Assembly (NCBI GenBank): GCA_030141605.1
Contig: JAQGDQ010001680.1
Coordinates: 1 to 29,836, forward strand
Direction: 5' to 3'
Source: Tubiluchus corallicola
Taxonomy: Eukaryota; Animalia; Priapulida
DNA: 29,836 bases
The notes beneath the pieces were generated by a model, which was not told where the DNA came from, ran no database searches, and saw only the letters and a list, made by a program, of their open reading frames with translations. Within the stretch, counting starts at the first letter, position 1, and every line of letters begins with the position of its first letter. The position numbers and the translations under genes are program-made. Shown here one piece after another: positions 1-13,790 of this stretch.

Positions 1-783
1 GCACCCCACTGACTGCTCAAACATTTTAAGGAAACTGCGTGCATGCGTGAGCGCACGTGCGTGTTGTGTGCATGAACAAAACCCCCTCCCATTGACTGCT
101 CAAACATTTTAAGGAAACTGTGTGCATGCTTGAGCGCATGCGCGTGTTGTGTGCATGAGCAAAACCTCCTCCCATTGACTGAACAAACATTTTAAGGAAA
201 CTGTGTGCATGCGTGACCGCACGTGCGTGTTGTGTGCATGAGCAAAACCTCCTCCCATTGACTGCTCAAACATTTTATGGAAACTGCGTGCATGTGTGAG
301 CGCACGTGCGTGTTTGTGTGCATGAGCAAAACCTCCTCCCATTGACTGCTCAAACATTTTAAGGAAAATGTGTGCATGTGTGACCGCACGTGCGTGTTTG
401 TGTGTATGAGCAAAACCTCCTCCCATTGAATGCTCAAACATTTTACGGAAACTGCGTGCATGCGTGAGCGCACGTACATGTTTGTGTGCATGAGCAAAAC
501 CTCCTCCCATTGACTGCTCAAACATTTTAAGGAAACTGTGTGCATGCGTGAGCGCACGTGCGTGTTTGTGTGCATGAGCAAAACCTCCTCCCATTGCCTG
601 CTCAAACATTTTAAGCAAACTGTGTGCATGCGTGACCGCACGTGCGTGTTTGTGTGTATGAGCAAAACCTCCTCCCATCGACTGCTCAAACATTTTAAGG
701 AAACTGTGTGCATGCGTGAGCGCACGCGCGTGTTTGTGTGCGTGAGCAAAACCTCCTCCCATCGACTGCTCAAACATTTTAAG
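1..783. repeat. 84-bp minisatellite (~9 copies, truncated by window start)
   Basis: Unit AGCAAAACCTCCTCCCATTGACTGCTCAAACATTTTAAGGAAACTGTGTGCATGCGTGAGCGCACGTGCGTGTTTGTGTGCATG recurs at 241, 325, 409...; the first units are 83 bp. It explains the 28-aa periodic ORFs 109..798, 192..1082 and 538..849. Confidence 0.95.
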
Positions 784-1125
784 GGAACAACACAGCAAGA
801 CACAGGACTGTCCTTCACTTTTTCAAACATAAAAAAACACCATTTCTGAGTCAGAAGCACTAACAGCTTATTCAGAGCAAATTTACAATTATTTACTGAC
901 TTAGAAGCAGCAGGGAAGAGACGCACTACCTTTTCGTTTGAACACATCTGAAGACAGAATCCATGCTGAGTTGAAGTTATAGCAAAGATCATAAAAATAA
1001 CGTGATAATAGAGGTTTAGAATCGACAATTCAAAGCGCCACAAATACGACATCATCAATTCAGATAAACTGATGATGTTCATTGCACTTCTCTATTGATT
1101 CGATCTTAGTTACATTTATCACAAC

Positions 1126-1951
1126 CAGGGTGAGATTGTAAGCTTTTGGGGTCCTAGGTTAATGAAATTATGCCCCCTCGCATGGAGCCACCCTCTAACT
1201 CATGAATATTTTTACTATAGCTATAGTTATATTTTAGCGTCATTTACATAGCTTGAAGCAAATGACATGCAACTTTTTAAAATAAACTGGATTACCTATC
1301 TTTTGTTTGTCAATAAAAACATTATTTACGAAATACCACTGTTAAAGCATAATCGGACCCAATGTAGGTCAAAACAACCTATTTTTCGACATATTGGAAG
1401 GAAACATATTATTTTTTGTCAAAAATGATTTACATGAAAGAATTATTACCACATAAACACAGTTTTGCGTTCGCGCCACTAGTTCTTCGCTTTGACATGC
1501 ATTTCGCCATTCGCTAGTTAGACGGGCACTAGTGCCTGCAATTCGCAAACTGATCGCACCAAAACAGGTGCTGTACCTGTCAGTTTAGACGTGTTAGTTT
1601 GTAACGAACTGCACACGCTCGATAGCTCATGCGCGAGCACAGCGGTAAATTTGAAATTTGAATTTTTATCTTAAAACTCACCTAGTTTTAGTGCAACACA
1701 CTGAATATCTTACAGTAGTGCTGCACTTTAATTTTTCTTTCGGCAAACACGCGCAACGCGCTCTGGGAATACTTCTGATGTTGAAAATTATGTTAGTTTG
1801 TGATGTCACCAATAATTGGTCTTGCCCGCCGTTAATTACCACATATTTCAACACAACAATAGTAAAAAACAGATACCTCTACCAAATATTATCAAAGCTT
1901 GGGGTGCTCTAGGCTGCAGTCTATACTAACCTATAGGATGGTCCGGCTCCG
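1126..1951. mobile_element. old, degenerate non-autonomous hAT-like element
   Basis: Left end CAGGGTGAGATT...GGGGTCCTAGG and right end GGGGTGCTCTAGGC...GGTCCGGCTCCG resemble the CAGGGCCGGA / GGGGCCCTAGG ends common in hAT MITEs. The putative TSD matches only 4/8 (ATCACAAC vs ACCACGTT). Confidence 0.3.
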
Positions 1952-2421
1952 ACCACGTTGTCTTTGTTTGAGTATTGTTTGTACGGATTTAGATAAAGTT
2001 TTATTATAGCCGATTAGTGGAATCATTGGAAATTCGATACCACGTCGTATCAGTTCGTTCAGATTAAAATTCTGTATAACGATTTCGGGTAATTTTCTTC
2101 ACATTTCCGTCATTTCGTTGAAAAATTTCAATTCAGAAACGTTATCAAGTTCAAATCTATCAACGTGATCACAATACAGTAGACACGCCATCATACAAAA
2201 GAAAATGTAAAAAATAAAGTACGCATTCTACGGAACAAGATGGTAAGTACAGCACGTCCAGCAAAGTATAAAGACAAAGTTTTAGGACAAGCAGAGAATA
2301 ACATACAGTTCATGTCAAACTTTAAGTTTTAAAATTTTTTAAATGTGTCAATGACCTAAAGCACAAGAAAACCCTGCATTTATATAAAGTGTAAAAAATT
2401 CTTCTTGAAATTTTATACGTA

Positions 2422-2605
2422 AGGAAAAGTCACAGAAAAAAGTCACAATTTTGGTTAGGAAGAAAGTCACAGGAAAAATGAATTTTGGCTAAGGTTATGG
2501 TTAGGGGTTAGCATTAAGAGTTAGGTTTAGGGTTATTTCTCTTCTCCTGTGACTTTCTTCTGTGGCTTTTTTGCCTGTTGCTTTTTTACCCGTGACTTTT
2601 TTCCT
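2422..2605. mobile_element. small palindromic MITE-like element with telomere-like core
   Basis: Perfect 16-bp inverted repeat GAAGAAAGTCACAGGA (2459-2474) / TCCTGTGACTTTCTTC (2545-2560). Reiterated AAAGTCAC on the left arm and GTGACTTT on the right arm, with a GGTTAGGG-like centre. Confidence 0.6.
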
Positions 2606-4595
2606 GGTTTTAAAACTTTTACAGTTTCAGGACTGTTTTTCAAACAACTACAGATAAGTTGATTTACAAGATGAGATGCTCTTAAAGAGGTGCTCTTAAA
2701 GGGATGCTTTTAAAAAGATGTTCACTCAATTGTTTCTCCGGCGTAATAATCATCATTATCATTTTCAACACAGATATAGGTTTATACTAAAATTTGTATA
2801 GAGGCGGATGACAAAGCCAAATAGGCCAATCGCAAACTAAAATAGATTAGTTACAAAATGATTAAACTCTTCATCAAACATTTCAGATTAAAATATCAAT
2901 GCGCGCTAGAATCCTCATCAGTGATGGATTACAGTAATCTAAAAAGATGAGCATCCCAGAAGCAAATGAAGAAGATTTGTGCGACAGAAAATTATATTAA
3001 GACATGGAAATGAAAACGTTCGACAATGAGTGTTATTGTGCAGAAATATTTGCGACTCATTATTTGGGGCAATAACTCTCTCCTGTGGACAAACCCGCGT
3101 GGAATGAATTTAAATATAATACAAGCTGTTTTTCATAAGTGTGGCCGCAGGCAGTCGGTGGTAAGACAGTGTTCCATTGTGATAGTAAACAATGCAAAGG
3201 AATTTCATGATTGCAGGTGATAGGGAAATGATTTGTATATTATATGCATGCGGAAATTACAAATATTAGAAACACATAATAAATAATCGAATGTTGATAT
3301 GAAGGGATAATTTTTTATGGCAAGAATAGATGCACTTGGTGAAAAATTCCACAGTAAATGAGAAGAAACAAAACTGAATGATTTCAGTTTCAAATCCGCG
3401 AGCATAACCTTTTTATTACTTCACTATTTCTGGTCAGTTTTGATGACAAAAAAGCCGTATGTTATCACAGTGTCGTGACGAAACATCACCTGAGTATGCC
3501 TGGTCCAGTGTGGTTTACTCTTGCGTGACTGAGCAGTTTGCCACAATTTTCACATTTTGGCAGTATAAGCAAACGAACTATAAACAACTCAGCCTTTCTG
3601 ACCCCGTACTGTTGTATGAGGCGATAACCCAGTGGCTCTGCCCTGCATTTTTTGTTTAGCTACTTTAGTTTAAGACGTATTCAATGTTATGATTCAATAC
3701 CTGATGCCTAACGTAATGATAAAATGAAGAAAAATCACCAATTCAAAAGAAGACATTTCAATATACCATTATATAGGCAAACTAAAGTTTTGTGGACATT
3801 TTCGCAAAAAAAGTATATCTATCCTGTACTGGTTGGGGAGCTAAGCGGCTTGAATGGGGCGACTAAATGTGTAAAAATTCAAAAAGCAGAAAACATCTTG
3901 CTAGCATGCCTCAGAAAGCCAGCAAAGCATTACAGAATTATCATAATAACTGTCAATAGAATGCAAAAATGTTTTCCTGTCTGTCAAAAATATAAACTTA
4001 TAGTGGGCGAATAATGTTACCTGTCACAAGATCTTACGCGCCAAAGAAAAGAGAAGTTGAACTCCAATTAGTGTCAGATTAGCATCCCACAATAAATATT
4101 GACCAGGTAAGAAAGGTAAGAATAATTTCCTTGTGAATAGATTTGTGTGTTTCTGTTTTGTGAAGCTGCAGGCGATGTTAGCGTTTGGGGTGTTGTCGAA
4201 AAGTCTAACAGGAACTGAGAGACAGTTTTATTGCACTGGTTTACTTTTATAATACAAATTACTGAGTAAACATCAAATTAGAATGTACGAACAGCATTAA
4301 AGGAGAAGTAACCTAAAAACTGGAAATTGATAACCAAAAAACTCTAGTAAAGATTCAGAACAAAATAAAGCGGATTTCAAAAACTTAAAATGTCATAACT
4401 AAGGCAGTAAAACCTGCTCTCATACTAAATCAGTATAACAAACACTGTCAGTGCGTTACTTTAAACGTGGCGGCCATTTTTATTTCAAGATGGCAACCAT
4501 GTTAATTTCAATACCCAAACGAAAAAAAACAGTGACGTTTACAATTATCGTATTTCAGGCACTGCTTTCTGTCTGCTTTGAAACTATAAACAACC

Positions 4596-5200
<605 letters not shown>

Positions 5201-5628
5201 AAACAACCTGTCTGGTACATATTATGAACATTTCGAAATAATGATTTCTTGATTACTCCTGTAGTTCTACTTTTTATGTACCAACACCACCATCATCGCA
5301 ATTAAAAAGTAAAAAGTAGAATGTGGTTTATTCATTTGGTAGTCTGCAGAATTGGAAAACGTTTGGAGGTTATAATTAAACGCATAACAGAAATTCCTCA
5401 AACCTCAACAGCGACAAGTGATAATTCAAATTTAAATAATACACGAGCAATTAGTATGCGCACAATAATCCATTCCTATACAAGTGTCAATGGTCAAGCA
5501 CTGGATTCATTTCACTTGAACTTTCAGTGTGTCTTCTCCATACAATACCTTGAAAAGTTGATTATGAAATTGCTAATAGAAACCGGTTGAAATCGTTGCG
5601 TGAGAAAGTTCCTGACATAAACGTGGAA

Positions 5629-8600
5629 ATGATAGCATGTAATCTCATTTTGATATCAATTAATTACCGTCTTATAAGGTATAATTGGTTTTCGATTTGG
5701 TAAGTGTATGTTTCACATACGCACTGTGGCCTTCTGAGTATAAACGAATTACTATAATAGTGAAAGAATTTCACTATACATACAGTCATTATCTGTAACA
5801 ACATTAGTTAACAATGAAACATATTAAACCTATAACATGAAATTGCACTTGTTATAATATGTTTTAGTTCCACTGATTAGCAGTTATACATTTAAGTCGA
5901 GGTCAGGCAAATTACAGTTATGCATTATGAAATGACAGTCGTGCACATAGACCTATATCGCCATAGATGGTTGATTTGATAAGTGAAAAGCTGTGCAAAT
6001 TTGGGGCAGCTTATTGTACCATACACATGCCTCAACTTCAAATTGAAGATGGACGCGCACTCTAACTTATGAAAATTATAGTATCAAACGGAGCTCGACT
6101 TCATCCGAATAGATGGAACCTTGGGTGTGGTTTCTAAGGTCAAATGTTAATATACATATCTCTATCGGACGAGCTAACAATCCTTCCTTAAATGCCTTGT
6201 GGTGCTTAAATGTTTCTATTTAACTTACCATTTACAAGAACAAGAGAGGCTGAAGCGTCCATGGTATCAACAAACATAAGAAACATGGCGATACAGCAGC
6301 CTACAGATTTCACATCACATCACCGTCAATGCCCACCATACAGCATGTCACTTCTGTACTGAAGTTTGACATTTCTTTCAGTACAGCTCGACCACAGAGA
6401 GAGAAAACGTATAATTTTAAATGTTCACACGCAACACTGAAGTCCAGACAAATTGAATAAATGCACAAAGAAACAAACCAGCCAAAGGCAAGTACGATTT
6501 TTTCAGCAACTTCCGTGGCCCAACTTTCTCCAAGTCTGAGCGCTTCCGTCAAGAAGAGACGGTTTAATTGCCGCCTTCAGTTTTCAAAGTTGTCAACGAG
6601 GCTTGAGGAGACGGAAATGGCGACGGTTTGTGGTCGTTCTGCACATGCAGTGCGATGATTTCAGAAAAATGCTCGTAAACAAGAACTAGAATGAAGAAAA
6701 GTTGGTCTTATGGAAGCATGAGTGTCAAGTATAGGTTATGGTCTAGATACAACTGCATTTGCTTCTTGTGAAGTTTGTAAATAAACACTAGGAGGTTGAT
6801 AAAGTCGCGTAAAATACATCAGCAAACACAGATCGAACAGCATGAAACAATCGCGAGATTGATTTCCTAATGAAAGGAATTCCTATGAGATCGCAACTGA
6901 GCAAACAGACTTTGTTGTTATAAGTCAAGAATTTTGTTAAGAAGTCGGACGTAATTCTCTTCAGTGAATAATCAATTCGTTGTGTTTAGGAGCCATGCGT
7001 CTAATTAATCAGATGTTAATATGGCAGTTAAGAATTGGGCTAAACCCTTCGTGGTAGCTTGTGTCACATTTGATGTTTTTGTACTCAGAATCATCAGAAT
7101 CCCGCTTTTCTAGAACTAATGGTGATTTACAAAAGTACTTATTCTTATCTACTAAGGTTATTAATATTGTGCGCCTAGTGCTAGGTTTTCTTTTGGAAGT
7201 AACTTGCAAACATAATGTTACAGGTCCAATTAATGTTACATAATGTTACAGGTCCAATTAAAGACGGCTAGCAAGATGGTTCCCAGTCCAAAGGTACGTA
7301 TTTCTGAACTAAAGGAAAGCTAAAAATTTATGTTTATTAAACAGCAATGTTGCAGGTACAAATGTTTTGGTCCATTACCCCTTCCCAAGGTAGTATATGC
7401 ATTAGAAGCCACAATATATTAGACTGTAGTTCAACAAGCTAGACTACTTTTTCTACTCTGACATTGTATAGGTGGAACTTGTTATGTACACACGTCTTTG
7501 TTACATTTAAAAATTTGACTTATAGTTATACTGCTACGTTTTACTGACATTCTGGCTTTTTCTTGACTCAATATTGGACCAACAATGTATGTATGCATTT
7601 TAGCTTTTTAGTGTAACGTAGTAATCTTTAGCACTTATTTTCTAGCACTTATTTCAGTAGATTTGTAGGTGTAGTAATTGTAGACTACAGAAAATTTGTA
7701 TTTTTGCAGAATAAACTAACATAGATTTGGGAACGCAACTTTGGTTTGAGCGTATACATTACACAGCAAGAAAAAGTTGTACATTTCTAATTCTTTTTTA
7801 ATTTTCAGATTAGGCAAATTTAAGGTGTCCTAGATGGTAATGTGTCAGTATTAATTAATCAATTATGCATGAACACAAAGTTGTAAACCCTTAATTTAAT
7901 CTACCTAGTACACATGTTTTGGATAAAACTCAACGTAAATGAGGCAACACCCAACATACAGTGTAATCGTACACGGAGGATCAGCCCACACAATATATGT
8001 CGCGATGCATAATTTTCCAGCTCTTTGGGAACACAAAGGTCGCCTTGTTCGTCTAAAACTCACTTCCAAGAAGATTCCAGACTAGACAAAGCGGAGCCAA
8101 GACGGCGAGGCCCTCAGCACAATTGGACCATTTTCTGTTCGACTTTGAAAGATTGCCACTTTTGCCAGGGAAGGCGTAGCGCAAGCTTGAACGTAGGAGT
8201 TAAGGAATGCAGAGCATAATGAAGCGTGATTATCAGTAATTACGGGAAGGATATTGACTCTTAATGTACTCGCCTTTTTCCAGGATAATAGTTTATTTTC
8301 CTGTCATCTTATCAACTTCCACACTGATGGATTTTCGAAAGTTGAGTATGGAAGTGCAAGCAACATTGGCTAAGTTCTGGGTAAGACTAATTATCAATTC
8401 TTCAAGATGGAGCGAATTCAACTTGAACGTAAAATCACCAGTTAACAACTTTAGTTCATTGACATATCTGCAAGATTTGAAGTTATGACTCCAAAAGTCA
8501 AATTTCCTTGAATTATAAACTATCCTAAAATCTTAATAATTATCTTCAATGAGATCAAGATTCGAGCAAATTCTAATACATCTACTGATTAAATAAAAGC

Positions 8601-9239
8601 TTAATGTACATCCAGAAAGGGAACAACCGTCGTAGCAGCATTGGCGACAGCAACAGCAACACCATCAACTCGCAAGTCATCAACACCAACAGTACAAGCA
8701 GCACGAACACGAACAACAACACCAATACCGCCAGCAACACTAACAACAACATTAACAACAATACCATCAACTCCCAACTCATCAACACCAACAGTACAAA
8801 CAACACGAACACCAACACCAATACCGCCAGCAACACTAACAATGACATTAACAACAATACCATCAACTCCCAACTCATCAACACCAACAGTACAAACAAC
8901 ACGAACACCAACACCAATACCGCCAGCAACACTAACAATGACATTAACAGCAACACCACCAACTCCCAAGTCATCAACACCAACACAGTATAAACAGCAC
9001 GAAAGGAAACACGAACAACAACACCAATACCGCCAGCAACACTAACAACGACATTAACAACAACACCATCAACTCCCAAGTCACCAACACCAACAGTACA
9101 AACAGCACGAACACGAACACTAACAACGACATTAACAGCAACACCATCAACGCCAAAGTCATCAACACCAACAGCACAAACAACACGAACACAAACAACG
9201 ACACCAATAATGGGACACCAACGATGACAACAAAGGACG
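5629..9239 (+). pseudogene. possible multi-exon pseudogene: signal peptide + Ig-like domain + Thr/Pro mucin-like stalk
   Basis: Candidate exons: 5629-5699 (hydrophobic MIACNLILISI..., donor GTAAGT); 7089-7293 (VRLVLGFLLEVTCKH...RWF); 8021-~8172 (STLKIATFARE after a 1-nt shift, donor non-canonical); 8284-8380 (DNSLFSCHLIN..., phase-1 GTAAGA); 8616-9239 (Thr/Pro repeats). The model needs several frameshifts and stops. Confidence 0.3.
8660..9210 (+). repeat. ~96-bp imperfect tandem repeat, Thr/Pro-rich in one frame
   Basis: Unit translates TPTVQTTRTPTPIPPATLTMTLTTIPSTPNSS (32 aa), about 5-6 degenerate copies. The frame is broken near 8985 by an insertion plus a TAA. Confidence 0.85.
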
Positions 9240-10585
9240 GTAATAGCAATAAAATTAACTACAAGTTTGTTGTTTCGTATTACCGTCTGTTTTTTCTTAT
9301 TTTGACAAATCTGTTTAGTTTTTAACACTGATACCAAGTTAACAACATGTGTGAAATTTGCATGCAAGCAATGAAATAGAATACAAAGAACATGTTGTGC
9401 ACAGACAAAGGGTGTTAGGGAGTGGAATTAGAAACTTCTTATTGCACTATGCGCATAGAAAGGCGTTTACTTTTAATAACACTTAATCATCACATTGTAG
9501 AAGATGTGATAAACCGCTATTGTATGGTGCAACATTTCAAACTTTTAGTTGAAGAAACTCAAATTTTTGAATAAAGCTAGCACCGCACAGCATGTTTTAG
9601 TCTAAGATAAACTTTATGATCAAATGCAAGTAGCGGACATAAGTGACCCCTAAGACACTTTTATGAATTCCATCTAATGGCAAAGTTACGCAACTAGCGA
9701 GATGGACTTAGAGGACAAGAAAAGGGGTACCTGAAGTAGGTTTCAGAAAAATCACCTTAAAAAATTATATTACTTTATAGCAATTTTATGCATATATCGT
9801 ACTCGCATTGCAAAGAATTTTTGTTTGTTTTCATTTTAAATTTCCCGTAACACTGTTCCGACGGCGCCATTACATGACGTCACTTACGTAAACGTAAATC
9901 AGGGGAAGAAAAGTACATGTTAAACTATGTGGCAAAAAACTTTCCATGCAAAATTATATTACTTAGCACTTTCGCTTTACCTGCGTGAAAGACTTATGTA
10001 ACTAGAAAAAATGATTAGTTATTTAAAATGCTTTCACCAATTGGTAAAATGTTGCTGACTCGCCCTCCAGGGTGCACCACTCACTAACCAAAAACGTATT
10101 TTTAATCTTATTGACAAGATACGGTAATTTTAAATTTTATTTAGTTAGTGACGTGTGTGCTACAAATGGCCTGATTATTTTTTCAAGCTTTACAGAATGT
10201 TATTTTAACTTGTTTCAAATGACATATGGCTGCGTCTAACGGGTATCGCGGGAGTTTAAATTTACATGTTTTATACAGCGTTATTGCCGACGCAAGTCTA
10301 ATATGCAAAAAAGTAGTATGTAAGTGGTATAAAATTTCAAGACGAATTGTTTAAGCTTTATGTAAGTGGAGTGTTTTCTTGTGCTTTAACGTGAATACGG
10401 TTTACGACAGTGTCTTAGAAGTGTCGTAAGACAATGCACTTAAATGCATAAAGTTACGACGCGTACATGAATGTGGTCCCAGTATTGTAAGTGTTTTTAA
10501 ATAAAAGTTCAGTGTAGATATTTTGCAGCAAATGGTAAAACAAATATTTCGAGAGAATGAGAAGAAAGGTAACTATACCAACATC

Positions 10586-10826
10586 CAGGGCCTATTTCAG
10601 CCTAAGCGAGGCCCGGGGAAGTGGGGGGGGGGGAACGTGGGGGGCGGGAGCCATCATGCTTGGCGCTCAGAAAATTTTTGAACTGCTAGAACGTCGGAGA
10701 AGCATTTTCGAAGAGAAAATATGTAGTTATACAGTTGTTAAAGGAAAGAACAATTGAAAGAAAAACTGCTTTATTCTCAAGACCAGTCCTTAATACTTGT
10801 CAATACTGGCAAACGGCACGCGTGCG

Positions 10827-10886
<60 letters not shown>

Positions 10887-10986
10887 GCAGTATGTTTGCA
10901 TAAAGCAAAAAAATGTTACCTTGGCATGAGGCCCCCCTGGAGGGTGAGGCCCCGAAAAAGTATCCCCCCCCATGAAATAGGCCCTG
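10586..10986 (-). mobile_element. non-autonomous hAT-type MITE, copy 2 (inverted relative to copy 1), with internal (GA)n
   Basis: Perfect 14-bp TIRs CAGGGCCTATTTCA / TGAAATAGGCCCTG. TSD CCAACATC (10578-10585) / CTAACATC (10987-10994), 7/8. (GA)n at ~10829-10882. Confidence 0.92.
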
Positions 10987-11384
10987 CTAACATCGGAAGA
11001 GGTGACAAACGAGGCAATGACTGCACATTCGCCTAGTAATCATCAACCATAAACTGGAGAGAATGTGGGCATTCATTACCACTCAATAAAATAGTAAATC
11101 AGCAGCGTGTGCGGGCCGCAAATTCCAAAGGAAGTTTCCTTTGTGATGAATGGAAAAGGTCACCCCATAAGTTCGAGTCTGTAATTATGTCGTATAATGC
11201 AGGTAAGCAGGTAAGCTGGAACACAGGTGGCACAGGTATAGAGGATGATGCCAATGAGTTTTCTGTGCATGTTGTGAATGGAGTTATTAATAGTAAAATG
11301 CAATGTTATCTTTACTCTTTTGTGCAGGAAAAGAGACGCGATTTTCTCGCTCATTTTTGTTGACTAGAATAGAATTTTATTTTT

Positions 11385-11935
11385 ATTTAGAGCAGATTAA
11401 ATTGTACACACAATATTTTCATAATGGTCTATGGTATGTTAATATTAATTAAAACATAAAATAGAACAGAAATGTCTTAAAATTAATCAAAACTAAAAAC
11501 CTACTAAAGTACTAAAACAGATAAATCACAAAATACTTTGTAAAGTTAGATACGGGCTGAAAGCAACAGTTAGATAAAAGTATTAAATTAAACTGATTAA
11601 AGTTCTTTGCAAAATTAATCCTAATTAAAACAAAAACTAAACAAAATTAGGCACAAGTACTAAATTAGGCAAATTACAAAACACCTGGTACAATAAGACA
11701 AAACAAAGATCGGTTTGTAAAATTTCAGTCAATAAATATGTGTTTAAGCGTTAAAATTTAATTAATTAAAATTTTTATGATACATAAAATACAGGAAAAC
11801 ACAACTTTAAAACTTAGTTACGTACAATAAAATGAATGAGTTAAAACAGATAAAAAATCACTAATATTAATGTTAAGAGTATAAAAGCAATTTAAAATCT
11901 TTAAGAGAAGAAATTTTGTTTGCATGAGACATTCT
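11385..11935 (-). mobile_element. possible 3' end remnant of a LINE (ORF2 C-terminus + AT-rich 3' UTR)
   Basis: The minus strand reads SHANKISSLKDFKLLLYS* (~11930-11873), like the 'SL..FK..L' C-terminus of CR1/L2-type ORF2, followed by a T-rich tract. Confidence 0.25.
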
Positions 11936-12079
11936 GTAATCAGTTTTAACACACAGCTTCAGTGTGGGCTGGCCACTGTCCTAATGATCTTTTCATAGGA
12001 TATATTTATGTAATTATGCAATTATCCTGATATAAGGAGTATCCTATAATACTATATGCTCTGTATTAAGTTAGTTTGC

Positions 12080-12160
12080 ATATATATATATACAAACACA
12101 CACACACACACATGCATGTATATATATATATAAATGCGCGTGCGTGCGTGTGTGTGTATA
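12080..12160. repeat. compound (TA)n/(CA)n/(TG)n microsatellite
   Basis: Seen directly. Confidence 0.9.
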
Positions 12161-13652
12161 CAGCATCACCGCAATAGTCCTAAATAAAGGCAGACGAATA
12201 AAGACTGTACTGATTACGTAATGCACCAAAAACTCTGTGTCAACAGGCAATTGCGTATAGAAGCAGGTCTGAGAAAAAATTTGTAAGTTGAGTATTAATA
12301 TCCCACGGTTCTGCACCTCCAGTAATAACCGAAGATTTTAAAAAAATTGACTAAATATTCTTTGTCTGCTAAGCCCCTTGTTATAGAGTATGCCTTGTAT
12401 TGGGTTAAGCAAACAACGTGGAATGTTTGTGCATTATTCATCATTATCACAAAATTTTGTTTAATTCCGATTAGATTTTCGCAGTAAATAATTAATGGCA
12501 TTAATTTTGTCAAGAAAACATGTTATCAGAACGACAAAGAATTCAATTTTACATTGTTTGAGGGTATTTGAACTAAATTGACCTTTCTTGGCTGTCAAGG
12601 TTCAGGAAGTGTACAGAGTACCTGCATAGAAGTTTAAATCATATTTCCGGAAACACTGAGCTATACTTAATAAGGTAAAACACACCTGAAGAATTTAAAA
12701 TGCATCTGATTAACTGTTCTCTAGAACAAATAAGGAACTGAACCACCCGATGAACTTCCACTAATTAACGTAATTAACTTCGGAAGTTAGCATCTCTAGA
12801 CTCGTTAGCTTCTTTAGAAATAATTTCAAACAAAAGTGCTTGAATAGCTTTGTGTGTTTTGCCGAAAAATATACAATATGCAAATTTGAACAGCATGTAA
12901 TCGGCGAAGTGAGAACCAAGAAGACGTTCTTTTAAGGTGTCGCCATCTAGTAAGAGTCAGATTAAACAAGAGGGAGGTGAAGAAACAAATTGATTGTCAT
13001 GTAATATCGTCTCTTAGTATTGAACAATCACTATAAAATATTTTTCAATAGTAATCCAGTTTTTCAGGGTCTAGGCTTTGTTGACTAATTTATATGACTG
13101 TGATTCAAATTTAATTTATTGTAGTATTTCTACATTTTTACAGTCGACTAAACTTGTTTTATCCTCGTAACATCGAATATGCAAAATTTAGGTCAGACAT
13201 TGTCTTCAGCGAAGCAATCAAAGCAAGGATATGAGTTATAGGCATAGGCCAATATTAATCCACGATAACCCTTTACTCAACCATTAAATATAAATATTTA
13301 AAAAGTCACAAAGTACGGTAATAATTTCAACTTGACCAACTAAACAAAAGATTATAAATATGCAATTTTTGAAAGACAATTTTTATTTTCGGCATGCAAA
13401 ATTTAAGGTAAATGAAACGTGCATGTAGTATTACTATTTATGTAATGTAGTTTCACATTGGTCTAGTGCAACTTTCAGCTAAAACACCAGAAACACAATA
13501 ACAAAATAAATTTAATTATAGGAACGCCTGTAAAATTCAATTCCGCTTCCTTTAAAATGCAAATGACCCATTGTATCCTATAATCGCGACTTGAAAAAGA
13601 ACACTGGAAGAAATCGCTTTTGCCGAGTCAAAGACCAACTTATCGAGCGCTC

Positions 13653-13790
13653 GCGCCATCTGTGAGGCAAAAACGCATTTGTTCCACAAGAAAGCTCGCG
13701 TAAAGTGCAGTCAGCGAAGCGTACCTGGTTTTTCCACGTTGATCTGACTCACGGTCACGTATTTAATAGCAGCGCAGCGCCACCTCTTGG
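13653..13790 (-). promoter_or_regulatory. CpG-richer upstream region of CPQ with CTCF-like motifs
   Basis: The minus strand reads CCAAGAGGTGGCGCTG (13775-13790) and CACAGATGGCGC (13653-13664). TATTTAATA lies at ~13760. Possible 5'-UTR intron 13830 (GTAGTA) to 14020 (TTCAATTAG). Confidence 0.4.

Noticed and set aside
2948-3280. Possible decayed coding sequence; RLIIWG...GMN...IVIVNNAKEFH vaguely resembles a Tc1/IS630 DDE segment
   Set aside because: The catalytic Asp is absent, there are many stops, and no TIRs were found; too weak to call.
3468-3500. GTC-GT-GAC-GAAAC hammerhead-like stem II
   Set aside because: Lacks the CUGANGA box and stem I/III pairing.
6229-6286. Minus-strand candidate first exon MFLMFVDTMDASASLVLVN with GTAAGT donor
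   Set aside because: No downstream exons could be linked; it may be chance.
10529-11363. Possible exon or ORF interrupted by hAT MITE copy 2
   Set aside because: After removing the MITE all frames still contain stops and no domain is recognisable.
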